In this document: one piece after another, positions 52,586 to 61,311 of the stretch | Layout of the letters: each line of letters opens with the position of its first letter | How positions within the stretch are numbered: the stretch's first letter is position 1 | Assembly: GCA_030264375.1 (NCBI GenBank) | Contig: JASCQW010000099.1 | Coordinates: 57,775,873 to 57,837,183, forward strand | Length of the DNA: 61,311 bases | From: Carcharhinus longimanus | Taxonomy: Eukaryota | Direction of reading: 5' to 3' | Notes under the pieces: generated by a model | The model's input: the letters and a program-made list of their open reading frames with translations, nothing else | Databases searched by the model: none | What the model was told of the DNA's origin: nothing | Program-made: the position numbers and the translations under genes

Positions 52586-54019
52586 ATCTATTAAAAAAAA
52601 GTTGTTATGTATGTTGCATCCATTGTTTGGACTTTCCATACCAACCTGTGAAATAAATTTCTTCTAATCTCTATTGAGATTGATAAATCTGTTCATATTT
52701 ATGATTCAGTTCTTTAAAAATCAAGATATAATCAAAAAATAACAAACATTCATTTTGTATCCCTCAGAACAAGAATAGCCATTGCTATTGTGTGCAACTG
52801 TTTCATGTGTCTAAGCAGATTAACGGTAACAACATTCCATTGTATATGGCAACCCTTTAATTTCAAAATTGCTTTAATGCAGGGGATTTTATTCAAGAGG
52901 CCCTCAAAGGAAAAGAAAATCTGCTCTATACCACAGGGAATCGGAAACAGAATGAATTTGTTGTAGAACTCCCAGTTCAGCCCAAAATAACTCCATTCTC
53001 GAACCCTTCAGCACTTTTCTCTGTTACTCTGCTGGTCCCTGTGCGTTAGATTTACTGCACTCAGTATCATGTAGTCTCAGATACAATGGGACTTCTCACT
53101 ACTTGAATACAATTACAACCACATGAACATCGCTTGCATCCCCAAGGAAAATTAGGTTACGATTATAAGTCAAGCAAAATTTAAAATCCAATATCAATCA
53201 AATGAAATGGCGCCTGAAAATACCAATTGTATCTGATAATGGATGAAAAATAAAGTAAAACGCCAATATGGTTGGATGGTAAACTAAGAACAAATGCTAA
53301 TGGGAGCCGTAAAAATAAAAACACTGTTGAATGATATGGAGTACAATTATTAATGAAGCGGTGCTATCTTAATATATTCATGTTTTGGGTACATTACCAA
53401 TTCACGATGAATGAAAAATGATCAGAAATGTTCCATAAAACAGCATGCTTAATTACAATTTGGCAAATATCACTGTTTCCAACCCTAATGTTTAGCAGGT
53501 TCGGTTCAGGAGGAATAGGGTTGCACAGTGATGAGGTAAATCACACAGTTACTGCAATATTAGCATTTTCTTTTGCCTACAGTGAGAGCTGCATCACGAA
53601 GACTCACGCCATTCTGTGCAACTGGTCACTTGGGTCAATTTTGTGCTCCTTGCTAACCCATAAAACACTTTCTGGAGGCAGGTGATTCATTTCACAGTGG
53701 ACACTTTTCTTCCGTGAATCATTCTAGCTGGGGGAAGGAAAATTAGCCATCTCATAGTAACCCTTAACCATATGTAGTTCAACTCGCACAATATTTCCAA
53801 AGTGACACTTGCTATGATGTTTTTGATTAGCTCTGAAATATCCTATTAACAGCTGTTTCATATTCTTACCCGATTCTTCTCCCTAATGCAGGAAGAACTC
53901 TTCAAATTTATACTTTGGTGGAATTAAATGTTCCTTATTCTACTGATATATATTTTATAAAGCATTTCTAAAACTCTGAACTGTCTGCTTTTACAAGAGA
54001 AGATTGCTCTCTCTGGCTT

Positions 54020-54318
54020 TAAGTGTATTTATTAGTGTCACGAATAGGCTTCCATTAACACTGTAATGAGGTGAAAATCTTTTAGTTGCCATACTCCGGT
54101 GCCTGTTCGGGTACACTGAGGGAGAATTTAGCATGACCAATGTGCCTAACCAACACATCTTTTGGACTGTGGGAGGTACTCGGAGCACCTGGAGGAAATC
54201 CACACAGACATGGGGAGAGCGTGCAAACTCCACACAGACAGTGACTTAAGCCAGGAATCAAACCCAGGTCCCTGGCGCTATGAGGCAGCAGTGCTAACCA
54301 CTGTGTCTCCTTGCCGCC
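54020..54318 (-). mobile_element. tRNA-derived SINE (tail B)
   Basis: Reverse-complement match to 16863-17163. Confidence 0.9.
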
Positions 54319-55749
54319 TGGCATGACTAGTGTTAAAGAATGAGAAATTATTCTTGAATGAACCTTCTGGAGCCGAAAGGCATCTTTAACCACCAAGAAT
54401 GCTTATTCATTGAATCCATTTAATCCCCAATTTAACCATGGTTTGCTGCTGGATCTTTGCCACTGGAGAGAAGGACAGTCAACAGGAAGATGTTTTCCAG
54501 GGCACTGTAGATGCTGCAGACGACACATTCCCAAAAAGGCAAGCTCATGTCATCCAGAAAGCATTGGCCGGAAATCTCCAGTCTCACTCGTGCCGTTTCC
54601 ATTACCTGCAAGAAGGGAGAATTTGGCATTCTGCCAAATTTCCATTCACAGCAGTGGAACTGGAGAATCCCAACCATGGACGAGGTTGGAAAATCCAACC
54701 CATAGGAAAATTTGCTGGGAATTTAAAAATTGGTCTTATAGTGGTGTGAATTTCCCACAGGATCTTCCTTCATGCCCGCCATGGCAGAGAGGGAAACCCG
54801 CTGGAGATTGGCATGAAACTGATTTGAATTCCATGAATAGGATGCAGATGAAGGCCTAACCCGCCCGCACCTGATTCTCCATGTCTCAAAGACGTGCGAA
54901 AACACATCAATCTAGAACATGTCTGGAAGAGTGTGAAGCGCAGCAGTCAGGATTCATCTGATCATTGCCTGGATCTGCCTCTCGGAGTTTGGCCACCTAA
55001 CCACAGACCCTGGAAAATACCACAGCCGTGGGTGAGGGGACCATAAACAGGTGGATCACTCAGATTTAGTGGGCTGGATTCTCCAACCTACCCCTCACTG
55101 GGATTCTCCAGTCCCACTGCAGTGAACAGAGATTTGGCTGCATGCCAAATTCTCCGTTCTCACTGGTAGTGGAGGCAGGGTGTGAACAGCCAGAAGAATT
55201 GAGGCCAGTGTCATTTAGGAGGTCAACCTTCTAGCTTCAGAGTGCACTTGGAAATGCATTGTCATTTACAGGATAGTCCACCTTCTTACTTCAGTGTTGC
55301 ATTAGCGATGTTGGGCGCCTTTTCAATATGGTGCCCAGATATGGCAGCAGACTGCGCGCCATCATGTCCGTCACACCATGGAATATGTCGCTGAACTCTC
55401 GGGTACGCAATTAATGAGATGGGTGGTGTCAGAAGATATGGGTTGGTTTCCGGCTGGCCTCCGGAGCAGAGAGAGCCAAAAATAAGAATTCCATTGAGGT
55501 ATTTAAAAGGGAATTGGATTGCTATCTGTGCAGGAAGAATATGCAAGCTTATGGAGATAATGCAGGGGAATGGGGCTATGTAGAATGCTCTTTCAGAGAG
55601 CCAGGCATGAGTGAAAGCTGCTATTTGTTCTGTACCCCAATACCAACAACCATCCTTTCCAGTGACCTTCCCACTCTGATGACAGATTTGGCTTTAACTT
55701 GGTTAGGTTAGTAACCAATCCAATAAATCATTGAACAGCCTTCACATCT

Positions 55750-56620
55750 GTTTGTTGCTGCTATATCTCTCACCGTATCAGGACCTGGGCAAACGCCTTT
55801 CACTGTTAATGCACAACCTATGTTCCTGACTTCAGCTTTTTCTTGTCCAACTTGTAATCAGGAAATTGCTGCTTTTAAGCAACTTTTCTTGCAGGTATCC
55901 ATTCTTTGCATCTGGGAGAACTGCCTTGGACAATTGAGGAAGAATTTCTGCAATGGTTGGCGCAGGGTTGTGAGATCTCTGCAAAGCTTTACTGAGGTCC
56001 TTTGGATCTCTGCACACTCTCAGCTTTGTCAGCTTTTCCACTGCGACCGTGCTGTGAATCCAGTCTGTCAGTCTTTTGATTGCTCCCAATTTTTCAGCTT
56101 CCTGTGTCATGTCTTTCAAGCTGCTCTTGAGGGCAGCTGGAACTCTCCTCGGTAGATGTTGATTCGACCTCACACTCTCATCCACTTCAAGATGAGTCAC
56201 CAGGAAGGCACCCACAGTCTGGAGAAAACACCTTTGTAAAGATCAGTTGAGCAGTCAATGTCATGTAAAATTTTGCTAATCTCTCCTGATACACAGAGGG
56301 TCAACATTCCAGGCATTTGAACTTCTTTCAGCTGAGATGAGGGGTTTTGTTTAGTGTCTACTACCTGGAATTGAAGGTCTTCTTATTCCCAGTGCGCTGA
56401 ACTCCACTTATATTTTCCTCTTGGAGTGACTGTCCTTCCACCTGATATCCTCGACTTAATCTTCGATAGCTTTGTGTTTGAGTCACTGTCTGAGCAACTT
56501 GGGAAAATTTTACAAAGCTTCACGATGCTGCATGTACAGCCAGTGTCTACCTCACAATCCACATTAACTTGATGCTCTCCTTGTGCAGTCATCATTACAG
56601 CAGTTACAAACTAATTTCTA
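55750..56620 (-). pseudogene. Ty3/Gypsy pol remnant (protease and RT N-terminus)
   Basis: Protease motif VDTGCTCSIV; RT segment DWIHSTVAVEKLTKLRVCRDPKDLSKALQRSHNPAPTIAEILPQL...DAKNGYLQ. Confidence 0.85.
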
Positions 56621-56709
56621 CCTCAATCACCAATGCTCTACAGCACCAACCTATTCTAATGTGTAGTGAGCTTTGTCAGGATCAGCCTCTGGCATCTCTC
56701 CAGCAGTCA

Positions 56710-56889
56710 TGATGTGGGTATGCCGGCGTTGGACTGGCGTAAACACAGTAAAAAGTTTGACAACACCAGGTTTTAGTCCAACCTATTTATTTGAGTATAT
56801 TATCAAATATTATCCAACCTATTTATTTGAGTATATTATCAAATAAATAGGTTGGACTAAAATCTGGTGTTGTCAGACTTTTTACTGTG
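56710..56889. repeat. Penelope-derived 51-bp inverted repeat with internal direct duplication
   Basis: Arms 56744-56794 and 56839-56889 with 2 mismatches; tccaacctatttatttgagtatattatcaaata occurs twice. Confidence 0.85.
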
Positions 56890-57352
56890 ATCACAACACT
56901 TGACAGTCAATACTTCACCAGCAGCCAACAATTAAGCAGCAAGTTGCCACAGAATATCAATTAGAATATCAATGCATATAATCAAGCTATAGCCAATTGC
57001 TAGACATATTCAGGTAATGCCACTGGTCTGTTTTTTGGAGCAATCACATGTTTTATATATATTTTCTCCTCTGAGTGGCTTGCAGAATCAGCTACATGGT
57101 GAAGACTAAAATCACATGACGATCAGGCATGATTGCAGGGCGTGAAAGTTTCCCTTCCTTAAAAGCCATAAATAGTTCAATTTAAAAAATCTTCTGTCAA
57201 ATTCAATGCTCATTTTTGTCTGCTGTCGGATTTACTTAGTTCAATAACTTGCCAGCTGCTAGTTCAATACCAAAGGCACTACTTTCCCCACAAAGAAACA
57301 TTCCAGCAGAATTTCTGAAACAGAAGCGATTATACTGAATAAATGTACTTAC

Positions 57353-57463
57353 TAAATAGAGGAGGAAAGTGTGGAGGCCCGTGCCTAATCCAACAGAAGA
57401 CAGAATGCCTAAGCCTACCCAATAGGCACACCACAAAAACTTCCTTTCCACAAAACGCACATA
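57353..57463 (-). CDS. VMP1: Vacuole membrane protein 1 (TMEM49), internal coding exon, 111 bp, phase 0-0
   Basis: [37 protein letters not shown] matches the conserved VMP1 motif; pyrimidine tract plus TTGACAG acceptor; GTAAGT donor at 57352-57347. Confidence 0.96.
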
Positions 57464-57964
57464 CTGTCAAAGAAGGAAAACAAAGGCAAAATTAACAAAC
57501 AATTCATTATTGTGTCTTTAACCTAAAAAGCATTCCCATGGTCAAACCTGACTAGGAATAGATGGGGATTTTAGCACAATTATTTAAGTTACAGTTTCAT
57601 GGAAGGACGATGAAAAAGGCAGATTTTAGGTCACAAGATGCCAAGTCCACTCTTGGGAAACACATTACTTTCAAAAGATGTAGCAGGGATGAAAAGTCAT
57701 CAGAAGTGGACGTAAAGCTTTTTCATTCTGAATATCTGATTTATGCCTGGGACGCAGTTCTTCTGTTAGCAGTTGGTCTCTAACAGTCTCTTCAGGTGCC
57801 TACACTTCAGGTATAGGCTCAGACAACCAAATGAATGCAGCCACCAAAGCCTGATTTAGTTGTTGTCTGCTACATGCCCTGCCTGGATCATTGAATGAAC
57901 AGCAACCAAGAACAGACATGGACAGGTAACTCAGGATTTGAAAACTTCTTGCTCTATGTTACCA

Positions 57965-58175
57965 AGTAAGAAGTCTCATAACACCAGGGTAAGGTCCAAC
58001 AAGTTTATTTGGTCGCATGAACTTTTGGAGCGCTGCTCCTTCATCAGGCGAGTGGGAGTTGGGTTCACAAACAGGGCATATATAGACACAAACTCAATTA
58101 CAAGATAATGGATGGAATGTGAGTTCTAACAGGTAATCAAGTCTTTAAGGTACAGACAATGCGAGTAGAAAGAAG
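57965..58175 (-). mobile_element. Penelope-like terminal repeat (family 1) with decayed hammerhead at 58016-58050
   Basis: rc CGC-CTGATGA-A-GGAGC-AGC-GCTCC-AAAAGTTC-ATG; GAAA box mutated. Confidence 0.75.
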
Positions 58176-58288
58176 TTAAATATATTACCAAGCACACCAC
58201 CAGATTCTGCTGTTAGCCACTGAACTAATAGGACATGTCAAATGTAATTATCAATCGAGGAATTCAAGTTAAATTAAAGGAAATATCA

Positions 58289-58328
<40 letters not shown>
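58289..58328. repeat. (AC)n microsatellite
   Basis: About 20 AC units with one interruption. Confidence 0.95.
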
Positions 58329-58330
<2 letters not shown>

Positions 58331-59826
58331 CAAAAACCGGTTTTGAAATTAAACACAGTGCAACAGGAGTGTCATCAGGCAAAAACTAACATCAAGCCAA
58401 GGAGGCTGTGCGTGTGTTAAACGATCACAAAGGGTGAGCACGTAGAACTTAGGTCATAATGGAACAAAAAACCCCTAAAATTTACAGGACATAGTAGATG
58501 GGATGCCAGCTGAGAGCCCTGGATTAGATGCATGAAGGTGATAAAAATATGGATGAGCATTTCAGAAGTAGATAGACTAATGTAACAGAGGAAGTAGGAG
58601 ATGTTACAGAGCTGATGAAGTGGATAAAAGATGGAATTTAGCGTTCTGAAAATTATTTTCACTATTCTTTTCACGGTTTAGATTTTTTAATAGCAATATT
58701 ATTGGATAAAATTTCCCAGTTCCTCACCTAAATGATCAATTGAAGAGAATCCATTGTTTAAGTTAACTATTCTTGACGGATTTCCACAGAAGTGAACTGA
58801 TTGTAATGAGCCAGTCTATTGGAAATACTGGAACTTTTAGAGTTTTAATGCTATTTAAGACTTATAGTGTCATTAATAAAGGGTAATGACAATTAATTAA
58901 GGGAAAATGTTTATAGGGCTAGAAGGAAAGAACGATATGGTACTATTTGGTTAGCTCCACTAAAGAGCTTGCACAGATGTGATGCGTCCAATTGTCTCCT
59001 TCTGCTGTACTATCCTAGGATTCTACAAATTGAACAGCAATGTAAAAGCAAAATCAGTTCAATAATTTCAGGTGAAATTGAACAGCAAGAATAAGTGTGA
59101 CAGAGAGCCTCATTACAGAAACATTTCTCTCTCACACACAAGGTTTGTGTGCTAGTGTTGTTGGTGGGAACCATGGCTTCTGTATTCTTGGCATGGACCT
59201 AAAGTGGAGGATGGGCATGTGCCCAGAGGGCTGTTAATATGCCTGCGTGAAAATTAAAACTGACACCTGCAATTGGGTCCTCCTGCCTTCTTGCCAGTTC
59301 TGGAACTGGAACAAGCTATTAACACAGTGCCTGCAGTTCAGTTGGGTGACAGCGTGACAATAAGTTACTCTGGCCTTTTCCCCAAATCTGGTTGCAAACC
59401 CTTTGCATGCTGTCAATAATGAATTAAAAATTAAAGTCCCGCTTTACAACTCAGAACAGCGTACAAAAACTTTTTTTTAAAAAATGCAGGAATCACACAA
59501 TGCAAGCATGGGAATGGCTACGTTTACATGAGTACTTCCGTCAACGTTGCTTTTTCCTGCCATGTTCAAAATCCACTGATATTCAGTTACAATAAATTGG
59601 GATGAATCTGTCAGATTCTGATATATTTATTTTTCAGTTTCCTGACTCCAAACTGTCTCCTTCTAGTTCTGCCTACCTCCAGGCGTGGGAATGACTGCAT
59701 TCACATGAGCACTGGCTCTACTCATCTTTTACTCCTTTTATTTATCTGATGCACAACCCATAATTATCTAATCCTGAATGTATATTCCGTATTATGGTCC
59801 TGGAAGATCCTGATTAAAGCTAGGAT

Positions 59827-59899
59827 ACAGTAAAAAGTCTGACAACACCAGGTTTTAGTCCAACCTATTTATTTGATAATATTCTCACAAGCTTTCGGG
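59827..59899 (-). mobile_element. Penelope-like terminal repeat truncated by a gap, with hammerhead 3' half
   Basis: Near-identical to the 56744-56889 arms; rc of 59886-59899 = CCC-GAAAGCTT-GTG, as in the 30935 motif. Confidence 0.75.
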
Positions 59900-59999
59900 N
59901 NNNNNNNNNNNNNNNNNNNNNNNNNNNNNNNNNNNNNNNNNNNNNNNNNNNNNNNNNNNNNNNNNNNNNNNNNNNNNNNNNNNNNNNNNNNNNNNNNNN

Positions 60000-60140
60000 A
60001 ATGGGATCAAAGGTTATGGGGAGAAAGCAGGATTAGGCTATTGAGTTGGATGATCAGCCATGATCGTAATAAATGGCAGAGCACGCTCGAAGGGCCAAAT
60101 GGCCTCCTCTTGCTCCTACCTTCTATACGTCTATGTTTCT
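60000..60140 (+). mobile_element. CR1 LINE 3' end
   Basis: Matches about 31200-31335. Confidence 0.85.
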
Positions 60141-60781
60141 TTTCATCATTGACTTGTGCTTGGAAGGCTTAGAGTGCCTCGCAGCATTGTGCTCTGTTCT
60201 GTTGACCTTCCCACCAGTACACTTTAGCTGTCGATTAGCTATCTCAGAGATACTGTATATGTCAATAAGTTTCTTGAATGTAACCCAGCAAATATGCCCT
60301 CACAACAAGATCTCTTTGAACTTAAGCAATCATATCTTTGATGAATTCATCCCTGTTACCCAAATTCACAAGATACAGACAGATATCTCAGTGCAGTCAC
60401 ATACTGATCAATATTCTCCCCCACTTGCTGAATTTTAGTGTTGGACACATAGCATTCATAAATGACGTTTGCAGAGGGTTTGAAATGGGTTTCCAGAGCC
60501 TCCAAAGTTTCAAATATCTGGCTATTCTGCTCCCCATTGAGGTCTAAAGTGCAAACAGCTGATACACTCCTTTCCCATCACTGTTAACAGAGTTGCTGGT
60601 CAGATTTGTTTAAGTTTAGTGTTCAATTCTGTAGCAATTTCATAATTCTGCCATTGGGACCAGGAGAATTACAATTCTCTTTCAAATTTCCCTTCATCTC
60701 CATTGGAACAGGTACTGCAATATTCAAATCCATCCTGACTCACCCAGCAGTCGATATACTGTACAAAGTTGCAGCCCAAAG

Positions 60782-61152
60782 TTTTTTTTTTATTCAGTCA
60801 CGGGACATGGATGTCACTGACTGGCCAACATTTATTGCCCATCTCTTGTTGCCTTTGTTCAAAGGGCAGTTGAGAGTCAATCACATTGCTGTGGCTCTGG
60901 AATCATGTGTAGGCCAGACCAGGTAAGGACGGTAGATTTCCTTCCCTAAAGGGTATTAGTGAATCAGATGGGTTTTTCCAACAATCAACAATGGTTTAAT
61001 GATCACCAGTAGATCCTTAATTCCAGCCACGTCTTTTATTGAATTACACTTTTTACCATCTGCCGTGGTGGGATTTGAACCCAGATCTCCAGAACATTAG
61101 CTGAGTTTCTGGATTAACAGTCTAGTGAAATTACCACTAGGCCATCGCCTCC
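60782..61152 (-). mobile_element. Deu-domain SINE, near full length
   Basis: tRNA-like head (rc gggttcaaatccc), Deu core and LINE-shared tail. Confidence 0.8.
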
Positions 61153-61311
61153 TCAGCTGTTCACAGCTGCTGGCTCTCTTACAGCTGTCAAACTCCACTC
61201 AATAATCCTAACTATTCACTGCTGACACTATGCGCCTGATTTTGCCTTCAAGTTGTGCCCATTTTTGGGCACACAAACTTGGTAAAGACAGACGTGAGGC
61301 AAGTTGGGTGG

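Noticed and set aside
57236-57352. ORF extension beyond the VMP1 exon
   Set aside because: Read-through past a consensus GTAAGT donor into intron

Overview
Repeat-dense vertebrate genomic DNA from a draft assembly with many N gaps; it is not prokaryotic. The SINE, CR1 and Penelope repertoire suggests a cartilaginous fish, probably a shark (inference). The only host coding sequence I can support is one 111-bp internal exon of VMP1/TMEM49 on the minus strand (57353-57463), so nearly all of the window is inferred VMP1 intron. It holds decayed mobile DNA: tRNA-derived SINEs with two alternative tails, Deu-domain SINEs, CR1/L2-group LINE fragments, a Gypsy pol remnant, a solo LTR with a TSD, and PIF/Harbinger remnants (transposase, two Myb/SANT genes, MITE-like elements). 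The most notable hidden structure is seven minimal hammerhead-ribozyme motifs in Penelope-like terminal repeats. One looks fully intact (30935-30974), lies in the VMP1 sense direction and sits in the loop of a 43-bp inverted repeat. Related repeats bracket the VMP1 exon in inverted orientation. Penelope hammerheads are a known class; any effect on VMP1 here is a hypothesis. Repeat boundaries are approximate and family names come from motif recognition, not database searches.
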